Virus record (IMG/VR): IMGVR_UViG_3300037742_000058
Coordinates: 1-43,269 of that record
DNA length: 43,269 nucleotides
Direction: 5' to 3' (one strand)
From: a virus
Lineage: Duplodnaviria; Caudoviricetes
Shown: positions 1-8,913 of the stretch, one piece after another
How positions within the stretch are numbered: position 1 is the stretch's first letter
Layout: every line of letters starts with the position of its first letter
The notes under the pieces: model-generated
What the model was told of the DNA's origin: nothing
Databases searched by the model: none
What the model saw: only the letters and a program-made list of their open reading frames with translations
Made by a program: the position numbers and the translations under genes

Positions 1-127
1 GGTACTCGGCAACCGCCAGCAGCATCGCCGCGAGCGCGCGCAACTCGTGGGCCGGCTCATATCCATCGATCTTGATTCGCATCGCAGTGTGACTCCCGTC
101 GTGGTGTGATGGCGCGAAATCTAGCAG
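1..127. repeat. Exact 127-bp repeat of 41187-41313 (left flank of the duplicated helicase locus; circular overlap)
   Basis: Base-by-base identity until position 128 (gatgctg vs aatgccg). Includes the 5' end (ATG at 82, minus strand) of the gene at 40444-41268. Confidence 0.95.
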
Positions 128-162
128 GATGCTGCCACCAGTTACGCGGAGCACGTCACGAA

Positions 163-282
163 ATGAGTCAAAGGAACGAACGGCACGCGGCAAAGTTGGC
201 GGGACGCGCCCGCAACCTGCAGATTATGCCGCGCGAGGAGAACCGCCGTAAAAGCAACAAAGTTTGGCCGGACATGCCATGA
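163..282 (+). pseudogene. Internally deleted HNH-endonuclease remnant (39 aa)
   Basis: Translates as MSQRNERHAAKLAGRARNLQIMPREENRRKSNKVWPDMP. The NLQ..P..EN..KSNK.WPDMP tail resembles phage HNH endonuclease C-termini. ATGA overlap with the helicase start. Confidence 0.5.
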
Positions 283-1994
283 TTACTCTCCGCCCTTACC
301 AACAGGCGTGGGTCCGGGATATTCGTACCGTGTGGGAAAACGGAGCACGTAACGTCATAGCCACGATGCCTACGGGGGCTGGCAAAGGTCCTACTCTTAC
401 CCGCATGGTGAAGGAGGCGGACTGCCCCGCGCGCGTCGTCGCGCACCGCGGCGAACTGGTGCTGCAGCTCTCCCTGTCCTTGAACCAAGACGGGGTGCCA
501 CATGGTATCGATGCGCCCGCGCCGCTCGTAGCGGAGATTTGCAGAGCCCACCACGATGAGCACGGGCGGAGCTTTTATAAGCCGAGGGCGCAGGTTAGGG
601 TCGCGAGCGTTCAAACTCTCGCATCGCGGGGTGAAGACGCCTCCGCGGCCGAAAGGGTGCGCCTACTTGTTGTTGACGAGGGCCATCACGTCGTGGTCGG
701 CAACATTTGGTCAAAGGTTGTGCAGATGTACGCCAATGCCAAATGCCTGTTCCCGACGGCGCACGCGATCCGTGGTGATAGCAAGGGGCTCGGCCGCGAT
801 GCGCATGGGCTCGCCGATGCGTTAGTGCAAGGACCGTGCTTCCGCGATCTGATCGAGCAGGGCTACCTTTGCGATTACCGCCCTATCGTAGGCAGGAATA
901 CCGTCGACACTTCGAGCGTCCCAGTGGGGACAACGGGCGACTTCAATCAGAAGAAACTGCGGGTTGCAACCGCCGCCAGCAAGCAAATTGTCGGCGACGT
1001 TGTTTCCCACTACGTAAAGTTTGCAGGCGGTAAGCTGGGGATCACGTTCTGTGTGTCAATCGAAGAAGCCGAGAAGATTCAGCAAGCTTACTCGAGAGCT
1101 GATGTGCGGGCGGAAATCATCACGGGTGAGACTCCTACCGGGGTGCGCACCAAGATTATGCGCAAATTCCGTGAGCGTGACATCCTCCAACTCCTTAGCA
1201 TAGACGTACTCGGGGAGGGCGTAAATGTACCGTCCGTTGAGGTCATCAGCATGGCGCGCAGCACTGCCAGCTTCCAAGTGTTCGCGCAACAGACGGGGCG
1301 CGGCAGCCGGGTATCGGTCGGCAAAGACTGGCAAGCAGTGTGGGACGACATCGGGCCGGAGGGTCGCAAAGCTGCGATTGCCGCGAGCGACAAACCCAAA
1401 TTCGTCCTGATCGACCACGTTGGCAACGTCGAGCACCACGGGTTGCCATGCGTGCCGCGCCGCTACTCGCTGGACACGCGCGAGGTGACCCGCAAGAAGA
1501 AAGCCGAGGACGAGGTGCAGATACGGGTGTGTCTGAACGCCGAGTGTCTGCTCCCGTACCCGCGCGAGCTCGACTGCTGCCCTCTTTGTGGCACGGTCAA
1601 ACCGCCGCCGGTCGCGCGCAGCGCGCCGGAATTCGTTGACGGCAACCTGTTCGAGCTGGACCCCGAAGTGCTGGCAGGTATGCGCGAAGCGGCCATGCGA
1701 GCCCTTGATTTGCCTACGTTACCAGTCCACGCGGGTCCGGCCGCCGTGGCCGGATGCAAGGCTCGACATCGCGAGAAGGTTGACGCTATCGTGGCTCTCA
1801 AGGATACCATGGCGCTTTGGGCGGGTTGGCAACGGACCCTTGGCCTCAATGACGGCGAGGCCATGAGTCGTTTTTGGCTGCGCTACGGCGTGACCGTGCT
1901 GCAGGCCCAGTGTGTGACGCGCGCCGCAGCGGATGACCTGCGGGAGCGCATAGAGTCGGACCTGTCTTCCCACCACGTGGTCAAAGCCGAATGA
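279..1994 (+). CDS. SF2 (DEAD/DEAH-like) DNA helicase with C-terminal zinc finger, allele 1
   Basis: LRPYQ Q-motif, MPTGAGKG Walker A, VVDEGHH, EGVNVP, QQTGRGSR, IDHVGN, C-x4-C...CPLCG. Confidence 0.92.
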   Translation: MITLRPYQQAWVRDIRTVWENGARNVIATMPTGAGKGPTLTRMVKEADCPARVVAHRGELVLQLSLSLNQDGVPHGIDAPAPLVAEICRAHHDEHGRSFYKPRAQVRVASVQTLASRGEDASAAERVRLLVVDEGHHVVVGNIWSKVVQMYANAKCLFPTAHAIRGDSKGLGRDAHGLADALVQGPCFRDLIEQGYLCDYRPIVGRNTVDTSSVPVGTTGDFNQKKLRVATAASKQIVGDVVSHYVKFAGGKLGITFCVSIEEAEKIQQAYSRADVRAEIITGETPTGVRTKIMRKFRERDILQLLSIDVLGEGVNVPSVEVISMARSTASFQVFAQQTGRGSRVSVGKDWQAVWDDIGPEGRKAAIAASDKPKFVLIDHVGNVEHHGLPCVPRRYSLDTREVTRKKKAEDEVQIRVCLNAECLLPYPRELDCCPLCGTVKPPPVARSAPEFVDGNLFELDPEVLAGMREAAMRALDLPTLPVHAGPAAVAGCKARHREKVDAIVALKDTMALWAGWQRTLGLNDGEAMSRFWLRYGVTVLQAQCVTRAAADDLRERIESDLSSHHVVKAE

Positions 1995-2149
1995 AAGCCA
2001 AACCGGATGACGAAGTAAAGCTTGTCGTGTGTCTATTTGCCGGGTGCTACATGCCTTACCCGGCATCGATGCCCTGCTGCCCGACGTGTGGGTACCCGAA
2101 GGTGATACGAGATGGTCGAAAGGTGATCGCACGGGCACGCAGGATATGA
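1991..2149 (+). CDS. 52-aa zinc-finger protein paralogous to the helicase zinc-finger segment
   Basis: Translates as MKAKPDDEVKLVVCLFAGCYMPYPASMPCCPTCGYPKVIRDGRKVIARARRI. ATGA overlaps at both ends. Below the ORF-track length cutoff. Confidence 0.7.
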   Translation: MKAKPDDEVKLVVCLFAGCYMPYPASMPCCPTCGYPKVIRDGRKVIARARRI

Positions 2150-2589
2150 ACCCCCTGCACCAATGGGTCGCTGACTGGATACCGGCCGATCTGCGCGCCG
2201 CGGCGCTGGCTGACTTGCAGCAGCGACTCGCTCCGCCGGCACCGGTCAGCGACGCCAAGCCTATGAGCGAAGCCGCAGTGTCGAATACTGTACGCCTCGC
2301 TGCCGCCGCTCGCGGCTGGCACTTGTGGCGCAACAACAATGGTGCGATGCAAGACAAGACCGGCCGCGTCGTGCGCTACGGGCTGGCCAATGAGTCCAAG
2401 CAGATGAGCGCCGTCGTCAAGAGCGCCGACCTGATAGGGTTCACCGACAGCGGACGGTTTGTCAGTATCGAGTGCAAAGCACCGGGAGCGCGTACCGACC
2501 CCGACCGGCTTGCGGCACAGGAACGCTGGCGCGACCTGGTGCTGGCCGCTGGCGGGATCGCGTGCATAACTGACGGAGAGCTACCGTGA
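2146..2589 (+). CDS. VRR-NUC family PD-(D/E)XK nuclease
   Basis: SE..V, LWRNNNGA, VRYGLAN, SADLIG...F.SIECK, Q..W...V.AAGG motifs; follows the helicase. Confidence 0.85.
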   Translation: MNPLHQWVADWIPADLRAAALADLQQRLAPPAPVSDAKPMSEAAVSNTVRLAAAARGWHLWRNNNGAMQDKTGRVVRYGLANESKQMSAVVKSADLIGFTDSGRFVSIECKAPGARTDPDRLAAQERWRDLVLAAGGIACITDGELP

Positions 2590-3281
2590 AGTACATGGGG
2601 TCAAAAGCACGCCACGCGGCAGCCATCGGGGCAATCCTGCAGCCGTTGGTATCCGGGGCGACGGCCTTCGTCGAGCCGTTCGTCGGCGGGGCGTCTATTA
2701 CGAGCGTCATATCCCACCCGGTCCGTCTCGCGTCGGACGTAGACCCCGACTTGATCACCATGTGGAGAGCTGTATCCGAGGGTTGGATGCCGCCCGAGAG
2801 TGTCTCAGAACAGGATTACGATTCGTTGCGGCGGGCGTCAACAACGCCGAGCGCTCTGAAAGGGTATGTCGCATTCGCGATGTCCTACGGCGGAAAGAAA
2901 TGGGGCGGTTATAGGCGTGACTCGGCCGGGGTACGGGACTACGGTGCGGAGGCATACCGGGCCGCCGAAAAGCAGTTCCCGAAACTCCGCGGGGTGCGCT
3001 TCTCCGGTTGCGCTTACGACAAGATTGAGGTGCCGCCCGGGTCCGTAGTTTATTGTGACCCGCCATATGCGGGCACAACTGGTTACTCGGTAAAATTCGA
3101 CTCCGCGGCCTTTTGGGGGTGGGTGAGGTCAATTAGCACGAGCGCAATTGTGCTGGTATCGGAGTACGCGGCTCCGCCGGATTTCTTAGCTATTTGGGAA
3201 AAACCCGTCAAGTCAAGTTTGACTCGAGATACCGGCGCTCTAAGCGCAACCGAAAGGTTGTTTATCCGAGCTGCCGCATGA
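2586..3281 (+). CDS. DNA adenine methyltransferase (D12/Dam class)
   Basis: KYMGSK, FVEPFVGGASI (SAM binding), YCDPPY (catalytic motif), TERLF C-terminus. Confidence 0.88.
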   Translation: MKYMGSKARHAAAIGAILQPLVSGATAFVEPFVGGASITSVISHPVRLASDVDPDLITMWRAVSEGWMPPESVSEQDYDSLRRASTTPSALKGYVAFAMSYGGKKWGGYRRDSAGVRDYGAEAYRAAEKQFPKLRGVRFSGCAYDKIEVPPGSVVYCDPPYAGTTGYSVKFDSAAFWGWVRSISTSAIVLVSEYAAPPDFLAIWEKPVKSSLTRDTGALSATERLFIRAAA

Positions 3282-5560
3282 GTGCTATCGGCGCGACCAG
3301 CCTCGAGCACCTGCGCGCGGAAGCGATCTGGATACCAGTGAAGATCGTCCCGAAGCGAGGCAAGCCTGGGAAGACCGACAAGATCCCCGTCAACGCGGGC
3401 GGTTACCACGTGGATGCGCAGAATCCGGGCAACTGCATGAGTTGGTGGGAAGCCGACTGCATCCGCGCCGCGCTACCTGGCACCATCGGCATCGGGCTGG
3501 TACTGCGCGCGGGGTGTGGATTGTTCTGCGTGGACTTGGACGAGTGTATCCTACCCGGCGGCGGGCTAACCGACTTCGCGCTCGGGATTATCGAGGCATT
3601 CCCCGGTGCGGTCATGGAGCGCAGCCACAGTGGGCGAGGCCTGCACCTGTGGGGGCACGCCACGGTGCCCGCGCACCGGTGCCGTTCCGACCGCACGCCC
3701 GGTATCGAAATGTACACCGACGGCCGCTTCATCCTCGCGACCGACGACATCCTTACCGGTTGGATGGACGACCACTCGACGGCATTCGAAGCGATCTCGA
3801 CGGCACTGTTTGGCGTACAGGCAGCATCCGTACTGTTCGATTGGTCCGACACCGGCAGCGGTGACCACCTGACCGATGAGCAGATCATCGCGCGCACGCG
3901 CGCGCACCGAATCGGCGATCAAGGCAAGAGCGGCCGGATCCTGTGGGACGGTGACGCGGACGAGCTGGCGCGTCACTACCCGCCGACCGGCGAGGGCCAG
4001 TACGATGCCAGCTCGACGGACCTTGCACTCGCCACGCTGCTGATGCAGCACACCGGCAACAACGCCGAGCGCTCCGCGCGTATGCTCGCCGAGTCGGGTC
4101 TGGCGCGCGACAAGCACGCTCGCGAGGACTACATGGAGTGGACGATTCAGCGTGCATACCGGGAACCGCGCACGCCTACGGTACGGCCGGAGGAGCTACC
4201 CTGGACGGGCACGGTGCCCGTGATTGTAGCCCCTGAGACACCGACACCTGCGGATCCGCTGCCCTTAGTAGCCCCCAAGCTACAGCCGCTCCCTCCGAAG
4301 TACGCGGTGCCGGAATGGCCCCCCGGCCACTACCTCCAGGCTGCCGAGATGGCGCAGCACTTCGCAGGCTGCGTTTACGTCACCGAGACGGACGAGATCT
4401 ACATACCTGACGGTCGCACCCTAACCGAACGACAATTTAATGCTACGTTCGGCGGGCGTGGCTGGACGTTCCAGATAACGAGCGACAACAAGGTAACGCG
4501 CAAGGCGTGGGATGCTTGTATCAACGGCGAGGTATGGACGTGCCCGCGCGCCGAGGATACCGTGTTCAACCCCTCCATGTCGCCGGGTGCAATCCTCGAA
4601 GGCAAGGTGAACACGTGGTTGCCGCCACGGGTGCGGGCTGAAGCCGGCGACGTCTCACCCTACCTTGACCTGCTGCGGCGCCAAATCCCGGACGAGCGGG
4701 ACAGGCGCATCCTGCTATCGTGGATGGCGGCATGCGTGCAGCACCGCGACATCAAGTTCCGCTGGTCTCCGTACCTGCAGGGGATCAAGGGGAACGGCAA
4801 AACGACGCACATGGACATCCTCGAGTACTGCATTGGTCTGCGGTACACGTGCCGGCCGAAGCCGAAGAATCTCGGCAAGCAGTTCAACGCGATCTTTGAC
4901 CGCAAGCTGCTGGTGTGCGTCGATGACATTAACATGGCAGGCCACAACGCGCTGTGGGATGAGTTGAAACCAATGGTCACCGGTGGCGTGATGGAAATCG
5001 AGCGCAAGGGGGTTGACAGCTCCACGGTGCGCGGCATGCGTAACAAGTACATCTTCACCTCGAACGAGCAGGCCGGCCTACCGGTGACGGCCGATGAGCG
5101 CCGCATAGCTCCCTTCTTCACCGCGCAGCAGCTCCCTGAGGACTTGGCCCGGGACGGACTTGCGGGCGATTACTTCGTGCGCTTCCACCGATGGCTCGGC
5201 GGCGACGGCGGGCACGAAAACGGCCTCGCCATCGTGGCGCACTACCTACTCACCTACCCGATCGACCCGGAGTTCAACCCGGCCGGCGAGTGCCAGCGCG
5301 CCCCGTGGACCACGAGTATGCAGCGCGCCATCGACAAGAGCCGCACCGGCATCGAGCGGCACGTGCACGACGCGCTCGAGGTGACGCGCGAGCTCGGCGC
5401 AGACGGTGTTATCCGCCCACTCGCCGTGCAGATGCTCTACCGCAAGCACAACGTGCGCATGCCCGACATCGGTGAGATAACCGCCCTACTGAGCGCGTTC
5501 GGCTGGCGCCGCTATGACGACACGGGCGGACCACTGTGGTGCCGGACCGTTAAACTGTGA
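3278..5560 (+). CDS. Primase-polymerase/SF3 helicase fusion (NrS-1-like)
   Basis: N-terminal CVDLD and ERSHSGRGLHLW, EMYTDGRF, helix-bundle segment DASSTDLALA...RDKHAREDY, C-terminal GIKGNGKT, VCVDD, FTSN. Confidence 0.85.
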   Translation: MSAIGATSLEHLRAEAIWIPVKIVPKRGKPGKTDKIPVNAGGYHVDAQNPGNCMSWWEADCIRAALPGTIGIGLVLRAGCGLFCVDLDECILPGGGLTDFALGIIEAFPGAVMERSHSGRGLHLWGHATVPAHRCRSDRTPGIEMYTDGRFILATDDILTGWMDDHSTAFEAISTALFGVQAASVLFDWSDTGSGDHLTDEQIIARTRAHRIGDQGKSGRILWDGDADELARHYPPTGEGQYDASSTDLALATLLMQHTGNNAERSARMLAESGLARDKHAREDYMEWTIQRAYREPRTPTVRPEELPWTGTVPVIVAPETPTPADPLPLVAPKLQPLPPKYAVPEWPPGHYLQAAEMAQHFAGCVYVTETDEIYIPDGRTLTERQFNATFGGRGWTFQITSDNKVTRKAWDACINGEVWTCPRAEDTVFNPSMSPGAILEGKVNTWLPPRVRAEAGDVSPYLDLLRRQIPDERDRRILLSWMAACVQHRDIKFRWSPYLQGIKGNGKTTHMDILEYCIGLRYTCRPKPKNLGKQFNAIFDRKLLVCVDDINMAGHNALWDELKPMVTGGVMEIERKGVDSSTVRGMRNKYIFTSNEQAGLPVTADERRIAPFFTAQQLPEDLARDGLAGDYFVRFHRWLGGDGGHENGLAIVAHYLLTYPIDPEFNPAGECQRAPWTTSMQRAIDKSRTGIERHVHDALEVTRELGADGVIRPLAVQMLYRKHNVRMPDIGEITALLSAFGWRRYDDTGGPLWCRTVKL

Positions 5561-5600
5561 CGTGCCGCTATTGCTTTGGTGCGGCGCTACTCCGTACATT
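5556..5600 (+). promoter_or_regulatory. Predicted promoter: TGTGACG box + TTGCTT-N18-TACATT
   Basis: Same box-to-TTG spacing (15 nt) as the repeated early promoters at 8549-10115. Confidence 0.5.
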
Positions 5601-5632
5601 CTGACCACGCAAACAACCGGAGTCACCCTGCG

Positions 5633-6067
5633 ATGAACACGAGCCTAAGCCAAATCAAAGCGTTTCACCCATGCGCCTCCGGTTGGAAGACCCTGTTGAC
5701 ACATCTCGGAAAGTTGGGCCTTGATGACGAGGCTTTGTCGCTCAAAACCATCCTGGAATCGAACGGCCTGGACGATGCTCTCTGGGCGCTACGTTCGTGC
5801 CCAGAGGCCCTGCCGCTTATCGGCGCGTTTGCTTCGCGGTGCGCCCAAAGAGCAAAAACCTACGCCGGTTACGCCGCCCGCTACGCCGCCGCCGCCGCCC
5901 GCTACGCCGACGCCGCCGGTTACGCCGCCGCCGCCGCCCGCTACGCCGGTTACGCCGCCCGCTACGCCGCCGGTTACGCCGCCGACGCCGGTTACGCCGC
6001 CGAACGATTAGAACAGGAGTCTGATTTTCTAGAATTGTTTTGCGGCGAGCCGAGAGTCGCTAAATAA
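5633..6067 (+). CDS. Hypothetical phage protein with Ala/Tyr low-complexity repeat
   Basis: AACCGGAG RBS; HPCASGWK..L...L..ILESNGLDDALWALR N-terminus typical of a common phage family; YAAR/YAAG repeats. Confidence 0.75.
   Translation: MNTSLSQIKAFHPCASGWKTLLTHLGKLGLDDEALSLKTILESNGLDDALWALRSCPEALPLIGAFASRCAQRAKTYAGYAARYAAAAARYADAAGYAAAAARYAGYAARYAAGYAADAGYAAERLEQESDFLELFCGEPRVAK
5861..6003 (+). repeat. Coding low-complexity array of ggttacgccgcc / cgctacgccgcc / gacgcc modules
   Basis: Directly visible in-frame short repeats. Confidence 0.85.
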
Positions 6068-6068
6068 T

Positions 6069-6097
6069 AAAAAGGGCCGGTAACACCGGCCCTTCTC
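6069..6097. terminator. Intrinsic terminator between convergent genes (strongest for the minus strand)
   Basis: AAAAAGGGCCGG-taaca-CCGGCCCTT hairpin; the A-run becomes a U-tract on the minus strand. Confidence 0.8.
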
Positions 6098-6102
6098 CTC
6101 GG

Positions 6103-6321
6103 CTAAACCGCCGGATGCTTGCGGATCCACTCCGCATGGAACCGGGCGGCGTTGCTGACGCTGCCGGCAGGACAGTGCACCTGCAGGTCGCGCCCAGTCT
6201 GCTCGCACCGTATCACTACGGTGGCGTCCCACTGGCAAAACTGAGCGGCCTGCTCGAACGCCGACCCGTCCGCTATCTCCCGTTCGCTCGCGAGAATGAA
6301 CGCGACGCAGTGGATGTTCAT
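6103..6321 (-). CDS. Hypothetical protein
   Basis: ATGA overlap with the upstream gene; ends at the terminator. Confidence 0.6.
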   Translation of the reverse strand: MNIHCVAFILASEREIADGSAFEQAAQFCQWDATVVIRCEQTGRDLQVHCPAGSVSNAARFHAEWIRKHPAV

Positions 6322-6995
6322 GCGCGCGCTCCGCTGCCCTGGGTTCCGACGTGGGTCCGCTGCAAGCGATGGCTGACCACCCGGACCCCCGGCTGCGGTG
6401 GCGGCTCGCTGTTACCATCAGCCAATGCGTCCAGGCGGGCGGACAGTGCCTCCACGGCCTGCTCGAGCAGATCCCTTGCTACGGCAGGGTCTTTCGTTGC
6501 GGCCCGCTCCGCCACGCGCTCGATGCGCGCCAGCGCCAGCAGCATGGTGCGCTCAGCCCGCGTCGTTCCCGCGGGAACCTCCGGCCCTTCCGGCCGCAGC
6601 TGCCGGCGCGACACCTTGCCGGGCACGAGGGCCATCATGTCGCCGCCCGACTCCACGTATTTGCGGAGTGCGCTGGCGCTGGTGCGCGCGAACCCGCAGC
6701 GGGCCGCCAACTGTCGAGGCGTAAGCGTCTCTCCGCGTGCGGCACCACGCTGTACGGCTGCGTACGATGGCTTGTAGGCTGCGTCGATCGCTGCCAGTAC
6801 GTCAGCCTCGGTCAGAGCGGCTGCGCGCTTGCTGCGCCTACGCAAGATCGCCTGCACCGATGCGATAAGGGTCTGCAGGTACAGCCCGGCGGACTCTTGG
6901 CCGTCAATTACCGCGCGGGCCAGCTGCTCTACCTGCGCGTGTGTTGCGGCGTAGCGGGCGGATTGGATGGAAGCGTGTAGGGATTGGGTAGTCAC
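6318..6995 (-). CDS. Hypothetical helical protein
   Basis: 225-aa ORF with a C/A-rich leader (ccaaccgagagaccaacc GTG) and an upstream promoter. Confidence 0.7.
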   Translation of the reverse strand: MTTQSLHASIQSARYAATHAQVEQLARAVIDGQESAGLYLQTLIASVQAILRRRSKRAAALTEADVLAAIDAAYKPSYAAVQRGAARGETLTPRQLAARCGFARTSASALRKYVESGGDMMALVPGKVSRRQLRPEGPEVPAGTTRAERTMLLALARIERVAERAATKDPAVARDLLEQAVEALSARLDALADGNSEPPPQPGVRVVSHRLQRTHVGTQGSGARA

Positions 6996-7060
6996 GGTTG
7001 GTCTCTCGGTTGGTGTCGGTCGGGGCAGGCCGGATTGCCTGCCGTGTCATAACGACTGAG

Positions 7061-7089
7061 AGTATCCCTGAGTTCCCGTTAGGTGTAAA
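7061..7089 (-). promoter_or_regulatory. Sigma70-like promoter TTTACA-N17-GATACT
   Basis: Hexamers with a 17-nt spacer upstream of the gene starting at 6995; hairpin ggcaggc-ggatt-gcctgcc-like in the leader. Confidence 0.6.
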
Positions 7090-7117
7090 GATGTACTTAT
7101 GGGCAGGATGGGACTAC

Positions 7118-7474
7118 CTACGCGTGGTCGTCCAGTAGCTCAACCAGTCCCATTGCCTCAAGCTCTACCAATTCCAAACCGAGGGAGTGCAACGTCGCGA
7201 TGCCTAGCGCTTGACCGGCCTTAGCCATGTAGTACGGGGCCATCTCCTTACCTTCGCGCCAACACGTGGCGATCTCAACTCGTTCGGCCGCAACCGCCTC
7301 TTTAGTAGGCCAACGATCGAACCCCAGCCAACGGTTCTCGTCACGCAGATCCTGGTGCTGTGCGGTATGCTTAGACCGTTGGGCCGCGCGCAAAGCCAGA
7401 CGAGGCGTTCTGTGCTCAGACACCACTTCACCGGTCCGTGTATCGATGACCCGGAAGTACCGCTTCCCCTTCAC
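7118..7474 (-). CDS. Hypothetical protein
   Basis: 118-aa ORF, GTGA overlap with the upstream gene, GAGG RBS. Confidence 0.65.
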   Translation of the reverse strand: MKGKRYFRVIDTRTGEVVSEHRTPRLALRAAQRSKHTAQHQDLRDENRWLGFDRWPTKEAVAAERVEIATCWREGKEMAPYYMAKAGQALGIATLHSLGLELVELEAMGLVELLDDHA

Positions 7475-8118
7475 GGTTGCACCTCGGCAGGGAATAGGGC
7501 GGCAAGCATTGGTAGCTCACCAATCAGATTCTCCACACTGACCCTGGCCGTGCGCAGGGCGCGACCCAAGAAGACGAACTGAGAGATGTCCGCCGGGGTA
7601 TCCGCAGGCTCCCCGTCGCGCACATCCGCCAGTATCGCTTGGGCGTACAGCGGCAGTCGCGCGTTCATCCTGCGCGCCTCGGCGTAGGTCGGCGCAACGG
7701 CGGTCATGTCGATCGGCTGGCCGTAATGCGGCACCCAGAAGTGCGCAGGCTCCATGCGGCGCGCGTTCTTCTCCTCACTGTTGACGCAAGACTTGCACGA
7801 GCCGTTGCACGTGTAGCGCTCATCCACGTGGCCATTCTTGCATGGCCTGCCAGTCATGTACGAGTCGATCATCAAGCGCTTGGCATCAGCCATCGAGGGC
7901 GGTAGCCGTTCGCCGGGGCCCAGGCGCCTGCGCTGATTCTGGGACAGCCGCGGCGAGTTACCGCGATTCACACGGAGCCTGCAGTCATCGCATGCGCCGC
8001 TATCGGTACGGCGCCAAGCAAGGTGCCCGTACTTGCACGGGCGCCCAGTGTAGAACTTCGGCATGCCTGCGGCCTTGGCGGCGGCACGGTTGGGCGGAGT
8101 TTCAGTTATCACGTTCAT
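7471..8118 (-). CDS. Protein with two Y.TGRPCK.GH...C..C zinc-binding repeats, no nuclease domain seen
   Basis: KFYTGRPCKYGHLAWRRTDSGACDDC and SYMTGRPCKNGHVDERYTCNGSCKSC; GAGG RBS. Confidence 0.75.
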   Translation of the reverse strand: MNVITETPPNRAAAKAAGMPKFYTGRPCKYGHLAWRRTDSGACDDCRLRVNRGNSPRLSQNQRRRLGPGERLPPSMADAKRLMIDSYMTGRPCKNGHVDERYTCNGSCKSCVNSEEKNARRMEPAHFWVPHYGQPIDMTAVAPTYAEARRMNARLPLYAQAILADVRDGEPADTPADISQFVFLGRALRTARVSVENLIGELPMLAALFPAEVQP

Positions 8119-8340
8119 CTCCTACTAGACTGAGGACTAACAACTACCCGGGGTATGCTACTAGCCATACCTTTGTATGTATAAGGTATATACACTAGAA
8201 AATAAAGTCAAGGGGGGTATATAAGGTAGGGTAGGTATGAGTCTCAAATCAAGGTAGATCCTAACCGCTATCGTTATTGTCAAACCGACCCGACTTATCC
8301 TCCCATGCCACCGTTGACAATTTGTTGACGTTTAATCTTG
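8119..8340. other. AT-rich divergent intergenic region with AGGTA repeats and a leftward promoter (TTGACT-N17-TACCTT, 8211-8183); candidate origin
   Basis: Sharp AT enrichment; aaggta at 8183, 8223 and 8251, inverted copy at 8168; coding strand switches here. Confidence 0.45.
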
Positions 8341-8419
8341 TGACGTGGAGCACGCCTCGCACCCTCATGTTGCGCCGCGGCCGTGCCGTCACATTACGTA
8401 CACCAGGTAGGAGCGCACC

Positions 8420-8575
8420 GTGGCAATCATCACTCGGCACAAACAGTACGGCTGGAACGTTAAGCTCGAGGGCCTGCCGCACGTGTGGTTCGGCGAGCGT
8501 GATGCTGCGCTGCGCTGGATTAGCAGCGTGGATGCGCAGCGCTACATTTGTGACGCACACCCCTTGCGCGCGTGA
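8420..8575 (+). CDS. Small hypothetical protein (51 aa)
   Basis: AGGAG RBS then GTG; MAIITRHKQYGWNVKLEGLPHVWFGERDAALRW... Confidence 0.55.
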   Translation: MAIITRHKQYGWNVKLEGLPHVWFGERDAALRWISSVDAQRYICDAHPLRA

Positions 8576-8617
8576 TTAGATTTAGATAGATTAATAACAC
8601 ACACACACCAACCGGAG
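8549..8617 (+). promoter_or_regulatory. Repeated early promoter/leader unit, copy A
   Basis: TGTGACG box, TTGCGC-N17-TAGATT, core GTGATTAGATTTAGATAGATTA, AACCGGAG RBS. Confidence 0.8.
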
Positions 8618-8830
8618 ATGAACATGGCCAAGAAATCCGCCCGCACCACGACCTTCCTGGTTGACGGCGCCGACTACTTCGCTGCTGCGCTGGACACCGG
8701 CGGCATCCGGGTCGGCCTGAAGAACGCGGCCTGTATCGACATTCCCGCCGGTCACAAGTTGCTTGACGCGGCAGCAGCGATCACGACTGAGGCGGAAGCG
8801 GACGAGTTCTTCAGCCAGCACTATTCCTAA
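8618..8830 (+). CDS. Small early hypothetical protein
   Basis: Directly follows promoter copy A. Confidence 0.75.
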   Translation: MNMAKKSARTTTFLVDGADYFAAALDTGGIRVGLKNAACIDIPAGHKLLDAAAAITTEAEADEFFSQHYS

Positions 8831-8831
8831 C

Positions 8832-8913
8832 TGTGACGCATGCCTCTTGCACGGGTGATTAGATTTAGATAGATTAGCACCCGTCGACCACACTCACCGA
8901 ACCGAATCCGAAC
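8832..8913 (+). promoter_or_regulatory. Repeated early promoter/leader unit, copy B
   Basis: TGTGACG, TTGCAC-N17-TAGATT, leader agcacccgtcgaccacactcaccgaacc. Confidence 0.85.
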
